From a bacterium (GTDB lineage Bacteria; UBA8248; JACPRG01; G963555815): a stretch of DNA of 64,000 nucleotides. The stretch lies in assembly GCA_963555815.3 (NCBI GenBank), contig CAUVWX020000001.1, positions 1,355,665 through 1,419,664 on the forward strand, in the 5' to 3' direction. A program made the translations under genes and the position numbers. Shown piece after piece: positions 10,721 through 21,282 of the stretch. A model generated the notes under the pieces. The model was not told the origin of the DNA. It worked only from the letters and a program-made list of their open reading frames with translations, and made no database searches. Numbering within the stretch: the stretch's first letter is position 1; each line of letters opens with the position of its first letter.

Positions 10721-11817
10721 GAGCTTTCGAAGAAATGGAGGCCGCGGCAGGGAGTGCTCCTCAAGACAATCTGTTCATCAGGGACCTGGGACGGCCTTTC
10801 AACGGAGGGAGAGGCTGCGAGCGGTGGCAGGTTCAGGGCCCTCCGGAGTTCCCTCCGGAGTTCAGACCTGCGTCTTGCCACGAGCTCCCAGTTGGGCTGG
10901 AGGAGGGAAACGTCCGAGAGGGCGGGTAGACCCTCGGGGGGCGGGATGTCCGCCCGCGAGGGGTATATCCCCTTCAGGGCAAAGAGCTTCTGCACCTGGT
11001 CCGAGAGGAGAAATTCAAGGAGAATTTCTCCGGCCTTTGGATGCGGGCTCCCTTTGATAAGGGCGGCGGGGGCCGGAACCACAGGGACGCCCTCTTCAGG
11101 AAAAGTGAGAGAAAGGGGCTCCCCGCGTTGAAGGGCCCGCCAGGCCGCATCCCCCTCCACGGCAATGGCAGCACCCCGGTCTCCCTGGGCGACCAACGTG
11201 AGGGCTTGCGGAGAAACCTCCTTGACGAGGAGCTGGTTTTGCGCGAGCCCACGCAAAAAGTCCCACCCGTAGAGATTCACCGCCGTCATTGACCAGTAAA
11301 AAGAGGTGACGGAGCCCTCTGGGTCCGGGAGAACGAGGCGGTCTTTAAACCCCTCCAATTCGCGCCATGTCTTCGGGGCCTCCTTTTCTTCTCCCTGTGT
11401 CCGGTGGACGAGGAGGGCGGCCGTGGCCCGGGGGGCGATCCAGGAATTCTCGGCGTCCTTTAGCCAGGCGGGGACCTTGGCGGAGGTCTCAAGCTGGCGG
11501 GGGCGCAGGAGCCCCTCCTTTTTCAGTTCGAAGAAGGGCCCCGGATCGTTGAGGTGGAGGACGTCAGGGGGATTTTGCCGAAGTCTCGCCAGGACCTCCT
11601 GATTGCTTCCCAAGAAGGGGACGACCCGGATCCCGTGAGCCTCCTGGAAGGCCCGGCCGATCTCCTCCGCAAGCGCCTTGTCGAGATTGGCATAGAGAGT
11701 AACCTCTCCCTCCTCCTGTGCGCCTTGGAGGTCGAGGGAATCGGGGTGCGGGCCAAGGGCCACGGGTCCACAGCACCCCGCGAGAAAAAGAAAGAGGAGG
11801 CTTCGAATCTTCACCAC
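10717..11817 (-). CDS. ABC transporter substrate-binding (lipo)protein, AfuA/Fe3+-like family; no cognate permease in the window
   Basis: Hydrophobic signal ending LAGC, with EGEVTLY, PKTWxEL and LIKGSPHPKAG...EFLLS..VQ patterns. Confidence 0.8.
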   Translation of the reverse strand: MVKIRSLLFLFLAGCCGPVALGPHPDSLDLQGAQEEGEVTLYANLDKALAEEIGRAFQEAHGIRVVPFLGSNQEVLARLRQNPPDVLHLNDPGPFFELKKEGLLRPRQLETSAKVPAWLKDAENSWIAPRATAALLVHRTQGEEKEAPKTWRELEGFKDRLVLPDPEGSVTSFYWSMTAVNLYGWDFLRGLAQNQLLVKEVSPQALTLVAQGDRGAAIAVEGDAAWRALQRGEPLSLTFPEEGVPVVPAPAALIKGSPHPKAGEILLEFLLSDQVQKLFALKGIYPSRADIPPPEGLPALSDVSLLQPNWELVARRRSELRRELRRALNLPPLAASPSVERPSQVPDEQIVLRSTPCRGLHFFESS

Positions 11818-12018
11818 TATTGATTAACTCCCATCGGTGGAAATGTGACCTCTTGCTTGTGGACAAAGCATATCAAGAGATCCCCTGTCCGTCCAAAAGG
11901 ATTTCTGCTTGGATTTGGAGGGCACACCCAGGGCCGCCGTGGTAAAATTTTCTCTGGAATAAATAAGCCTTTGGGAGGTTTTTCAGATAGGCCGAGTCGA
12001 AGCGAGAGGGAGGGTGTG

Positions 12019-12327
12019 ATGGCGGATTTTGTGAGCGTCTGTAAGGCCGAGGAGCTGGAGTCGGGAAAGGGTATGGTCGTGGACGTCGGAGGGACATCTG
12101 TCGCCCTCTTCAACGTGGGGGGGGCCTTCCACGCCATTGACAATACCTGTCTTCACCGCCAAGGACCCCTTGGGGAGGGAGAGCTGGACGAGGCAATCGT
12201 GACCTGCCCCTGGCACGGCTGGCAGTATGACGTGACGACAGGGAAAAACGTCATGAACGAGGACATCTGCGTTGCCAGATATGAGGCCAAGGTGGAAAAC
12301 GGGCAGATCATGGTGAAGATGGGATAG
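12019..12327 (+). CDS. small Rieske [2Fe-2S] ferredoxin (NirD-like)
   Basis: CLH...CPWH Rieske motif. GAGGGAGGG RBS before the ATG at 12019. Confidence 0.9.
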   Translation: MADFVSVCKAEELESGKGMVVDVGGTSVALFNVGGAFHAIDNTCLHRQGPLGEGELDEAIVTCPWHGWQYDVTTGKNVMNEDICVARYEAKVENGQIMVKMG

Positions 12328-12500
12328 AAGGAGAACGTGCTTTGACAAAGGGCCCCCATCCTGCCCTGAGAAGCCCCCCCTTTTTCGGTCGAAGGGTGCG
12401 CCAGTTTTTGCTATATTGTATGGACTTTAAATTTTCGGTTTTTATCTCCCTGCAGAGAGGGTTGCCCATTTTTGGGCCATGTGGATGAAGGAGAAATCTC

Positions 12501-13578
12501 ATGGGCGCGGGTATTGGAATTCGGCTGGGTGTCAAAGTCCTGGGGCTCCTCCTGCTGATCGGAGTCCTGGCTGACGGGCTTTCTGCGTAAGTACGGCCCG
12601 AGATCCATTGTCAGGGGTGGGGCCTCTTTTGAGACCAAGATCCAGCGCATCCGAGCCATCTCCCCGGAAGGGTCCACCTTTGACATCATCGCTTTTCGGT
12701 TGTGCGAGGCCGTCCAGAACGGACTCATCACGAAGGACTTTTACGAGCAGGCTCTGCTGACCCGTCTCGCCCCTGAGGGCGGCGCGGCGATAGTGAAGTG
12801 GAACCTGAGCGGGGATGTCAATATCCAGGGCAAGAACGCGGAGCACCTGGCCGATGTGGAGATCGAGCTGGGCTTTGAGCCGCCGCGGGTGACGACGACC
12901 TTCCCCGACGGCACATTTAGCTTTCGCATGAGGCCGGAAGATGCCGAACGGGCCATCGTCCTTCGGGCGCGAAAGGCGGGCTATCAGATGCATGTCGAGC
13001 GACTCCGCCTGCACCCCAACATGGCCGCTGTGAGCATCTCCATGACACCCCTGGTGGACACCTTCACCGTGGGAGGGCGCATCGGCGATGAGGAGGGCCA
13101 GGAGCCCCTGGAGGGGGTCCTGGTTTTCCTGGAAATTGAGCCTCCACTTGAGATGGTCACCCGAACGGACGGGGCCTTTCGGTTCGACGTGCCGCGAGAC
13201 AGCCTGGAGAAGTTTGTCAGCGTCGAGGTCGACCGGAGAGGCTATCGGCCCCATGTCCAGGAGTTCAAGTTGCAGGAAGAGATGCCGCCCATTGTGATCC
13301 TGCTTCGGAAGGCCGTTTTCCCCGTGACAGGCCGCATACGCTCCAGGGACACGGGGAGGGAGTTGGAGGGGGTCTAGGTGACATTGCAGGTGGAGCCTCG
13401 GATCGAAGCGGTCAGCCGCAGTAACGGCGCCTTTCGGCTCCTCATCCCGGACTCCCACGACGGGGCCTTTGCGACCCTTCGGGCCGAGAAGCCGGGGTAT
13501 AGGCCCTACACCCTCGACGTAGAGCTTCTTAAGGAGGGGATTGCCCCCCTTGATTTGGAGATGACACCCGACTTTTAG
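12501..13578 (+). pseudogene. disrupted secreted protein with carboxypeptidase-regulatory-like beta-sandwich repeats
   Basis: Signal-peptide ORF from ATG 12501 hits TAA at 12588 and changes frame near 12600. An in-frame TAG at 13375 lies inside the repeat LEGV*VTLQVEP..SRSNGAFRL (compare LEGVLVFLEIEP..TRTDGAFRF). Confidence 0.7.
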
Positions 13579-13599
13579 GCGGAAAAGGGAGATAGTCTC

Positions 13600-16500
13600 A
13601 TGAAGTCTCGGGTTTTCTCTATCCTTGTCCTGAGTCTGCTCTTTGTCTTCGCCGAAGTGTCCTTGGGCCAGGCCTATCAGGGACTGGAGGGCACGGAGGC
13701 GGAGGAAGAAGAGGGCACCCTAGCCCCCCTGGCCCCGCTGGGCGAGGAGGAGGAGGGGTTCAAGTTTCAGGAAAGGGAGGGATTAGAGGAGGAGTCCGGG
13801 GAGGTCAGAAGGCCCGAGTACATCCCCGAGGCCCCCACGGGGGACATCTATCCCGTGACGGTGGAGGCCCTGAAGGGGGGTGCAGGAGAGGCCCTTGTCA
13901 ATCAGCAGGTCCTCCTCAAGGTTTATTTCGGCAAACGGGGCTCCCTCGAGGCGAAGCGCTATGGGTTGAAAGGGAAGTATCACCACTTCACTGTTCGCAA
14001 TCGCAATCTGGATGTCCTCGGCCGCGTCTGGATTCCTGAGGGAAAGGAAGAGATCCTCGGGAAGCTCCGCCGGGGAACCCAGATCACGATCCTGGCCCGA
14101 GTCCATGACGTCACAACGCTTCTAAGAGAGCCCGTCCTTGACGTTTCCGACATAAGGCGTGGATGGAACTGGAGGGCAGAAGACTTCCTGCTGGGGGGAG
14201 AAGAAGTCGTTGCGGCACCTTCGCCGACTCCGCCGACAGAAGGCGCTCCCTCGGAAGAGGCCCTTCCACCGGGTGTTCTTGCCATCGGTTCCCGTCCCGG
14301 CGGGGCGGACCTCTTTATCAACGGCGAGGATAAGGGCAAAACTTGGGAGGGCGGTCTGCGGGATTTCGAGCTTCCTCCCGGCGCTTACATCATTGCCCTC
14401 CACAAGGATGGTTATCATTCCTTTCGCTTTCGATATGAACTCGAACCCGAGCAGCGACGCGAGATCCGACCCGAGCTAGAGCTTTTGCGGGAGGAGGCCC
14501 CGCCCGTCGCTCGTACGATCACGGTTCCCAACGTCGTGGGTCTGTCGTTAGAGGTCGCCCAAAATGTTCTGGGCGAGGCAGGGTTTCGGGGAGCGGAGGC
14601 TGGCACGGCTCTCACCACAGACCCGGGTCAGGTGAACAACGTGGTGAGCCAGAGTCCGGTGGGAGAGACTCAAGCGCCTTCGGGTAGCGATGTGAGCCTC
14701 GTCATCGGTCACAGCGAAGGCCCGCCGTCCCAAACTCCGCCCTCGCGCAAGGTCATGGTCCCCGACGTGGTGGGGAAGTCCCTCGAAGACGCCCAGGCTG
14801 CCTTGGGCGAGGCGGGGCTTGACGCGAAGGTGGTGGGCCACCAGGACACGTCAGATCCCGCCCTTCAGGACCAGGTGGTGCATCAGGCTCCCCCGGGGGG
14901 GACTGAGTTGCCCCGTGGGAACCATGTGAACCTCAGGCTCTATCGCATTGCCGCGGCCCCGCCGTTCCAAACTCCGCCCTCGCGCAAGGTCATGGTCCCC
15001 GACGTGGTGGGGAAGTCCCTCGAAGACGCCCAGGTTGCCCTGGGTCAGGCGGGGCTTGACGCGAAGGTGGTGGGCCACCAGGACACACCGGACCCCGCCC
15101 TTCAGGACCAGGTAATGCATCAGGCTCCTCCGGGGGGGACTGAGTTGCCTGAGGGGAACCATGTGAACCTCAGGCTCTATCGCTTTGCCACGGCCCAGCT
15201 TGTAGATGTCCATCGGTGGTTCCATCCCAGGAGCGGGGACCACTTCTACACCACCGACCCGAGCGGAGAACTCGCCTCTCGATCTGGCTATACCAGTGAG
15301 GGGATCGGCTTTAAGCTCTGGCGCTCGGAGGTCGGAGACAGCACCCAGCTTTACCGCTGGTTCAACCCCGGGACCGGAGACCATTTCTATACGACAGACC
15401 CGACAGGGGAGCTCGCGCCTCAGTCCGGCTACCAGGCCGAAGGGGTGCTCGCCTGGATTTTGAAGAGTGAGGCGCCAGGGACTGTTCCCCTTCGTCGGTG
15501 GTTTCATCCTGGGAGCGGCGACCATTTTTACACGACCGATCCCAGTGGAGAACTCGCCCCTCGCTCTGGCTACACCAATGAGGGCGTGACGGGCTACGTC
15601 ATGCCAGGGGGAGGCGCAGCGCCCCGTCCCGAGCCGACCCTCCTCCCGGTCCCCAATGTCCAGAATGACCCACTTGAAGTGGCCAAGGGCAAGTTGCGCG
15701 AGGCGGGGCTTGAGGCGAAGGTGGTAGGGAACCAGGGGACACGCGATGCCGCCCTCAAGGATCGCGTGGCGGTTCAGGCGCCTGGGGCAGGGGCCCGGGT
15801 GTCCCGCGGAAGCGTAGTGGACCTCACGCTTTACAGCTTGATCACGCCCCCACCGCGAGAGTCGCCGCCCGGGCTCAGCTGGACCCCTGGGGCCTCTATG
15901 CCCACCCCGCGGTTTTCCCCCCACGCCGCAACGATCGATGGGCTTCTTTATGTCGTAGGGGGCCACGATGGTAGGGCGGACACGCCTGTGCTGGAGGCGT
16001 ACAACCCGTCAACGGCGACGTGGAAGAGTTTGGCCTCCCTGCCTAGAGCGGGTTCTGGCAACCTGGGTCGGTATGGCGGCGTGATTGGGGTGATTAACGA
16101 CAAGATCTATCTGGTGGGCGGGTGGCGCATTTCCCCCCCCCTTCCCACGGGCACACTGCATATCTACGACCCGAAGGCGAATAGCTGGACCCGAGGGGCC
16201 TCCATCCCGGTCCCGTCCTCTCGACTCAGCGCTTGCTCCGCCGGTGGGGTGATCGGCGGGAAGCTCTATGTCCTGACGGCCTGCAATGGTCACAGCGGCT
16301 TTTTCAAATTCTTCCATGTCTATGACCCCGGTCAGAACAGATGGACCCAACTTCGCGATGCGCCCAATATCCACGCCGATGCGGCTGCAGGGGTCATCGG
16401 TGGGAAGCTCTACGTGGCGGGTGGTGGCATATGGGGTAACCCCTCGGCCACACTCGACGTCTATGACCCTGGGACAAATAACTGGACCACCAAGACCTCT

Positions 16501-16797
16501 ATGCCCACGGCCCGCAACGGGATGGCCGGCGGGGTTATCGATGGGAAGCTCTACGTGGCGGGGGGCGCTGATAAAAACAACAACAGACTGAACACGGTGG
16601 AGGTGTACGATCCAACCAGCGATACCTGGACCACCCATCCCTCCATGCCCACGGCCCGCTCAGCGGTGACTGCCGCGGTCATCAATGACCAGCTCTATGT
16701 CGTGGGGGGCCATGATGGCACGAGACCCGTGGGCGGGATGGAAATTCTCGGTCGCCCCGGCGTCGTCCTCCCGCGGGTGCCGGGCCGGCTCCGTTAG
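13600..16797 (+). CDS. large secreted multidomain protein: signal peptide, PEGA, PASTA repeats, three HFYTTD repeats (DUF5648-like) and a C-terminal Kelch beta-propeller
   Basis: SRPGGADLFING (PEGA); VPNVVG/VPDVVG...QxP (PASTA x4); RWFHPxSGDHFYTTD x3; GG-KLYVAGG...YDP...W Kelch repeats. Confidence 0.85.
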   Translation: MKSRVFSILVLSLLFVFAEVSLGQAYQGLEGTEAEEEEGTLAPLAPLGEEEEGFKFQEREGLEEESGEVRRPEYIPEAPTGDIYPVTVEALKGGAGEALVNQQVLLKVYFGKRGSLEAKRYGLKGKYHHFTVRNRNLDVLGRVWIPEGKEEILGKLRRGTQITILARVHDVTTLLREPVLDVSDIRRGWNWRAEDFLLGGEEVVAAPSPTPPTEGAPSEEALPPGVLAIGSRPGGADLFINGEDKGKTWEGGLRDFELPPGAYIIALHKDGYHSFRFRYELEPEQRREIRPELELLREEAPPVARTITVPNVVGLSLEVAQNVLGEAGFRGAEAGTALTTDPGQVNNVVSQSPVGETQAPSGSDVSLVIGHSEGPPSQTPPSRKVMVPDVVGKSLEDAQAALGEAGLDAKVVGHQDTSDPALQDQVVHQAPPGGTELPRGNHVNLRLYRIAAAPPFQTPPSRKVMVPDVVGKSLEDAQVALGQAGLDAKVVGHQDTPDPALQDQVMHQAPPGGTELPEGNHVNLRLYRFATAQLVDVHRWFHPRSGDHFYTTDPSGELASRSGYTSEGIGFKLWRSEVGDSTQLYRWFNPGTGDHFYTTDPTGELAPQSGYQAEGVLAWILKSEAPGTVPLRRWFHPGSGDHFYTTDPSGELAPRSGYTNEGVTGYVMPGGGAAPRPEPTLLPVPNVQNDPLEVAKGKLREAGLEAKVVGNQGTRDAALKDRVAVQAPGAGARVSRGSVVDLTLYSLITPPPRESPPGLSWTPGASMPTPRFSPHAATIDGLLYVVGGHDGRADTPVLEAYNPSTATWKSLASLPRAGSGNLGRYGGVIGVINDKIYLVGGWRISPPLPTGTLHIYDPKANSWTRGASIPVPSSRLSACSAGGVIGGKLYVLTACNGHSGFFKFFHVYDPGQNRWTQLRDAPNIHADAAAGVIGGKLYVAGGGIWGNPSATLDVYDPGTNNWTTKTSMPTARNGMAGGVIDGKLYVAGGADKNNNRLNTVEVYDPTSDTWTTHPSMPTARSAVTAAVINDQLYVVGGHDGTRPVGGMEILGRPGVVLPRVPGRLR
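14721..15190 (+). repeat. intragenic tandem duplication, 237-bp period (two near-identical PASTA units)
   Basis: CAAACTCCGCCCTCGCGCAAGGTCATGGTCCCCGACGTGG occurs at 14731 and 14968, with continuing near identity. Confidence 0.9.
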
Positions 16798-16879
16798 TCT
16801 CACAGTCCCTGGGTGTGCAGTGGGAGGGGCTAAGGAACAGTCTTTTCTGAAGGTGGGATAGCGGATTTAGAAACGTCTT

Positions 16880-17896
16880 TTACGGTTTGATAATTACCTT
16901 AATAGATTCCTTGGCGTCGGCGACGAGCTGAAATCCCGTCTGTATCTCTTCCAGGCTCAATCGATGCGTGATCATGTCCCTCACGTTCACCCGCCGGGAA
17001 CGAATGAGTTCTATCGATTCCTCAAGATCGACCGGCGCAGCGCCGTAAGTTGACACCAAAGTGATTTGATCATTCCAGAGGTGGTTTAAATGGACAGGCG
17101 TTTCAACCCCTGGGCTTGGGGGTGCGAAAAGTTGGACCACGCCTCCCCTGTCAGCGCAATTTAACGCCTGATCAACAGCCGACACAGCGCCAGTGCAAAC
17201 GATGATCCGGTCCGCCAGCCTGTCGCCGTTTACCTGACGCAGATATCCCGGCACATTTTCGGCCGCGTGCACCACGTCTGCCCCGAATTTTTTGGCGGCG
17301 TTCAGCCGGCTCTCGTTAATATCCGTTGCAATCACCTTTTTGGCCCCCGCCGCGATGGCCAATTGAATGTGCAACAGGCCGGAAATCCCGCTTCCGATGA
17401 TCAACACGCTGTGACCGGGCTCCAGTCTTGCCAGCCTTTGCCCGCGCACCACACAGCCCAGTGGCTCAATGAACACGCCGTCTTCATAAGACAATTCGTC
17501 CGGTAAAACATACACACCTCTGTCGACGTTTATTTCCGGTATGCGTATATGCTCTGAAAAGCCACCGGGGTCGAAATTTGTCCGGTGCAAAGTGTCACAG
17601 GCCGTGTGGTGGCCATCCGAGCAATATTTGCACGTGAGGCATGGGACATGATGTGAGACAAAGACTCTGTCGCCGATTTTGTATCCTTTTACTTTCTCCC
17701 CAACCTCGACGATTTCCCCCGTGATTTCGTGGCCCAGCACCCTGGGGGCCGTTTTCACCCGGTACCACTCCATCACGTCACTGCCGCAGATCCCGCTGGC
17801 AGCCACCTTGACCAACAACTCGCCGGGTTCGATTTTAGGCATGGGAATCTCTTCGACGCGGACGTCGCTATTGCTGTAATACATGCCTACGCGCAT
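16880..17896 (-). CDS. zinc-dependent alcohol/polyol dehydrogenase (MDR family)
   Basis: GICGSD, GHE, CxxCxxC...C structural zinc site, GSGISG. Confidence 0.9.
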   Translation of the reverse strand: MRVGMYYSNSDVRVEEIPMPKIEPGELLVKVAASGICGSDVMEWYRVKTAPRVLGHEITGEIVEVGEKVKGYKIGDRVFVSHHVPCLTCKYCSDGHHTACDTLHRTNFDPGGFSEHIRIPEINVDRGVYVLPDELSYEDGVFIEPLGCVVRGQRLARLEPGHSVLIIGSGISGLLHIQLAIAAGAKKVIATDINESRLNAAKKFGADVVHAAENVPGYLRQVNGDRLADRIIVCTGAVSAVDQALNCADRGGVVQLFAPPSPGVETPVHLNHLWNDQITLVSTYGAAPVDLEESIELIRSRRVNVRDMITHRLSLEEIQTGFQLVADAKESIKVIIKP

Positions 17897-17941
17897 CGTG
17901 ATGGCCCGGAATTTCTTAATGCAACTTGGCCGTTGGGGGTC

Positions 17942-18850
17942 TCAGACTGCAATGGGTTCGCTACTTTTGAGCTCCAGGAAGAGCTCATATGCTTCCTTGG
18001 CCTTAAAATTCTCGTGGACGACTGATCTGACGGCCCTGATCATGGCGACAGGATGATCACTCTGAAAAATGTTCCTCCCCATGTCAACTCCAGCGGCCCC
18101 GGATTGAATCGCTTGGCAGGAAAATTCCAGAGCGGCCTTCTCAGCCACCTTTTTTCCGCCCGCAATAACAATGGGGACGAAACATCCATTGACCACCTTC
18201 TCAAAGTCCTTACAGTAATAAGTTTTCACAATGTCAGCGCCATGCTCAGCAGCAATTCTGGAGGCCAGACCGAGATAACGGGCGTCCCTTTCCATTTCTT
18301 TGCCCACAGCGGTTATTCCCAGAACAACAAGTCCCTCTCTTTTCGCGTCGTCCGACATCTTGGATAGGTTCAAGATGGTCTGTCTTTGATACCTGGAGCC
18401 GACGTAAATCGAGACCGATACCCCATCCACCTTCAACCGCTTCGCTTCTTCAATCGAGACCGTAATTCCTTCATTCGATAATTCCCTGTTTATTATTTCC
18501 CCTGCCACTCTATCTCGAAGTGCTTTCAACTCTTTGGTGGTTTTGACCCCCTGGCTTCTGATCTTAAATTCTCTTTCTAACTCAACAGGATCGTTGTAGA
18601 CTACGCTGTTGCCACCGGAGGCCCTGAGAATGATAGCCGTCTCTGCTTCCGGATGTACGCAGTGGATCAGAACACCTTTCGTGGGGCTCAGCGCATCACA
18701 GTGAGAGAGGAGAGGTTTGATGGTTTGACCTGGATCCTCCAATCCACTCGTGGGTCCCTGAAAGTAACCGTGGTCAACCGCCAGCATGACAGTCCTGCCG
18801 GTCTCTGGCTTTATTATCTTTGCCAGATGGCCCTCTATTTCAGAATGCAT
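17942..18850 (-). CDS. LsrF-like class I aldolase/thiolase
   Basis: MLAVDHGYFQGPT, RASGGNS, ADIVKTYYC, IAGGKK, GVDMGRNIFQS. Confidence 0.85.
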   Translation of the reverse strand: MHSEIEGHLAKIIKPETGRTVMLAVDHGYFQGPTSGLEDPGQTIKPLLSHCDALSPTKGVLIHCVHPEAETAIILRASGGNSVVYNDPVELEREFKIRSQGVKTTKELKALRDRVAGEIINRELSNEGITVSIEEAKRLKVDGVSVSIYVGSRYQRQTILNLSKMSDDAKREGLVVLGITAVGKEMERDARYLGLASRIAAEHGADIVKTYYCKDFEKVVNGCFVPIVIAGGKKVAEKAALEFSCQAIQSGAAGVDMGRNIFQSDHPVAMIRAVRSVVHENFKAKEAYELFLELKSSEPIAV

Positions 18851-19126
18851 GTGGGTTCCTCCGAACTGGAAGAGGAGACTTTTCTTTCTGTAGTCTCGAA
18901 TTTAAGTGTACTTGACGCCCTTGACCAGCGCAATCTCCACTGATTCGGCTTTCCCTCGGCTTAAATCCGGGGGACGATGAGAACGGAAGTTTATGCCCCC
19001 AGGATATTGACAGTCGCCAAGGGTCTATGGTAGGTGATTTTGGTCTATTCAGGGACATCTGAGATGTGCTGGCTTTTTTGGCGGGACGGCGATTTGCGCC
19101 TTGCAGGGTAGTGATTTGCGCCTTGA

Positions 19127-19522
19127 ATGGGGAGGCAGACGATGCGGGGTTCAGAACCAAGGGCTGAAAGAGGGGTTCCAAAAAGGGTAGAAGAGGTTTC
19201 TCCCGCTGACTCAGCCCTTCGGGGTGAGGCCCTCGAGGGCTGGAAGGCCGTCGTGGAGGCCGCGTGGTCCCTTTCAAATCTCCGTTCCGGCTTGGTGGAT
19301 GTGACGCCCCGCCTGAAGGGTATCCCTGAGGCGCTAAACCTCCTCAAGGAGTTCGTCTCGTCTATCCAGCGAACCTCGACCCTAGACACGGTGGAAGGGG
19401 AGATCCAGGGGGCGGCGGCCGACCTCAAAACTTTCTCGGAGGATCTTCTGGGGGTCCGGGGGATCTTGGAGGAGGCCCTCCAGGCCGTCTGGAGGAGGCG
19501 AAGCACCCTCAAGCCCTCCTGA
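19127..19522 (+). CDS. hypothetical helical protein
   Basis: 131-aa ORF with host-like codon usage and no recognised motif. Confidence 0.5.
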   Translation: MGRQTMRGSEPRAERGVPKRVEEVSPADSALRGEALEGWKAVVEAAWSLSNLRSGLVDVTPRLKGIPEALNLLKEFVSSIQRTSTLDTVEGEIQGAAADLKTFSEDLLGVRGILEEALQAVWRRRSTLKPS

Positions 19523-19644
19523 ATTCAGCGGCCCCCCCAGAGGGCTCTGTGCGATGTCTTCTGCCACGAGGGTTTTCTCCACCAATCACCATTTGGGCCA
19601 TCGAAGGACTCGCCGTGTACAACGACTTCTGCTCCCAAGGTTTT

Positions 19645-19887
19645 ATGCTGAAAAGGTCCCTCACCCTCGACACGATCCAGGTCTGTCTGGCCGGCCTTGG
19701 AAAGATGGTCAGTCTTGGCCCAAGAGGGTTTCGCTTCATCCCGAAGGATCGAAGGTGGCCGCCCACCTACTTCAACCCCGATGGGTCTTTTGAAGTCATC
19801 ATGAAGGACCTGGATTATGACGATGTCTTGAACTACGTGGACGAATTGAGCTTGCGCCTGGGTGTGGAGGTCCTCCGGGGCGCCTGA
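19645..19887 (+). CDS. small hypothetical protein
   Basis: Host-like ORF directly upstream of the CoA ligase. The start is uncertain. Confidence 0.5.
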   Translation: MLKRSLTLDTIQVCLAGLGKMVSLGPRGFRFIPKDRRWPPTYFNPDGSFEVIMKDLDYDDVLNYVDELSLRLGVEVLRGA

Positions 19888-19902
19888 CCAGGAAGGGGGA
19901 AG

Positions 19903-21249
19903 ATGGATCGGAACTGCTTCCAGCCGGAGGTAGAGACCCTACCGGTCGAGAAGCTGAAGGCCCTTCAGCTGGAACGGCTTAAATCCATCGTGGATCGTGT
20001 CTATCATCAAATCCCCTTCTACAAGAAGCTCTACGACGAAGCAGGGGTTAAACCCTCGGACATCCGCCATCTGGAGGATGTCCGACGATTGCCCTTCCTG
20101 GAGAAGGCCTCGGTACGCGGGGCCTACCCCACGGGGAATGTCCTCGCCCCGCGTGAGGAACTCCTGGAGATGCACAGCACCTCTGGCACCACGGGGAAGC
20201 CGGTCCTCGTCTTCGCCACCCGAAAGGACCTGGACCTCTGGGGGGATCTCAACGCCAGGGAGCTTTGGATGGTGGGGCTTCGACCGGGAGATAGTCTCCT
20301 CAACGCCTATGGTTATGGCCTTCCGACAGGGGGGTTTGGCTTCCATTACGGGGCTCACAAGATGGGCGTCCTCGCCATCCCCACCGGCTCCGGTCAAGTG
20401 GACCGCCAGATCGACCTCCTAGTGGATCTCGGTGTGACGGCCTTTTGTATGACCCCCTCCTTCGCTCTCTACGTGGGACAAAGGGCCAAAAAGCGGGGGC
20501 TGGACCTGGCAAAGGGGGCCAAGTGCCGAATCGGTCTCTTTGGTGCTGAGCCCTGGCCCTGGTCCACCCGAATGAAGATCGAGGCGCTCTTTGGGATCAC
20601 GGCCTATGACGAATTCGGAATGACGGAGTTCCTGGGGCCCGGGATGACGTGTGAGTGCCCTCTTCGCCACCGGGACCAGGGCATGCACGCCTGGGCCGAT
20701 GCCTTTCTGGCCGAGTGCATTGACCCCAAGACAGAGGAGCCCGTCCCGGAGGGGAGCCCGGGGGAGATGGTCTGGACGACGCTGGCCTTTGAGGGCAGCC
20801 CCTTCATCCGCTACCGGAGCCGTGACCTCGCCTCTTTCACCTGGGCGTCCTGTGGGTGCGGCCGGACCCACCCCCGCATGGGGGCGATCAAGGGGAGGAC
20901 GGACGACGCCGTCCCCATCAGCGGTTTCATTGTCTTCCCGAGCCAGGTGGAGGAGGCCCTCCTTCAGTTTGAGGAAATGGGCGCCAACTTCCGCATGGTG
21001 ATCAATACCGATAAGCGGGGCATGGACCATTTCAGCCTGCAAGTGGAGGTGAAGGACCCAGACCTCCTCGGCCGGCCGGAACAGTGCGAAAACCTCGAGA
21101 AGAAAATGCAGGGGGCTGTCCAGTCGGTGGCGGGAGTCAAGCCCAAGATTGTTTCGCTCCTGAAGCCCGACGCCCTTCCCCGGGTGACGGCTGGGGAGGG
21201 AAAGACGGCGAGCGCCAGAGTGGAAGACCATCGGAAAAAGCACGATTAG
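19903..21249 (+). CDS. phenylacetate-CoA ligase family protein
   Basis: HSTSGTTGKP, YGYGLPTGGFG, FGAEPW, IRYR, GRTDD, FPSQVEE. Confidence 0.9.
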   Translation: MDRNCFQPEVETLPVEKLKALQLERLKSIVDRVYHQIPFYKKLYDEAGVKPSDIRHLEDVRRLPFLEKASVRGAYPTGNVLAPREELLEMHSTSGTTGKPVLVFATRKDLDLWGDLNARELWMVGLRPGDSLLNAYGYGLPTGGFGFHYGAHKMGVLAIPTGSGQVDRQIDLLVDLGVTAFCMTPSFALYVGQRAKKRGLDLAKGAKCRIGLFGAEPWPWSTRMKIEALFGITAYDEFGMTEFLGPGMTCECPLRHRDQGMHAWADAFLAECIDPKTEEPVPEGSPGEMVWTTLAFEGSPFIRYRSRDLASFTWASCGCGRTHPRMGAIKGRTDDAVPISGFIVFPSQVEEALLQFEEMGANFRMVINTDKRGMDHFSLQVEVKDPDLLGRPEQCENLEKKMQGAVQSVAGVKPKIVSLLKPDALPRVTAGEGKTASARVEDHRKKHD

Positions 21250-21282
21250 AAATTCCGAGTTCACCGAGCGAGGATGCGACTG

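Noticed and set aside
14721..15600. Repeats that could be mistaken for a CRISPR array
   Set aside because: They are in-frame protein domain repeats (237-bp and ~141-bp periods) with no repeat-spacer pattern and no cas genes.
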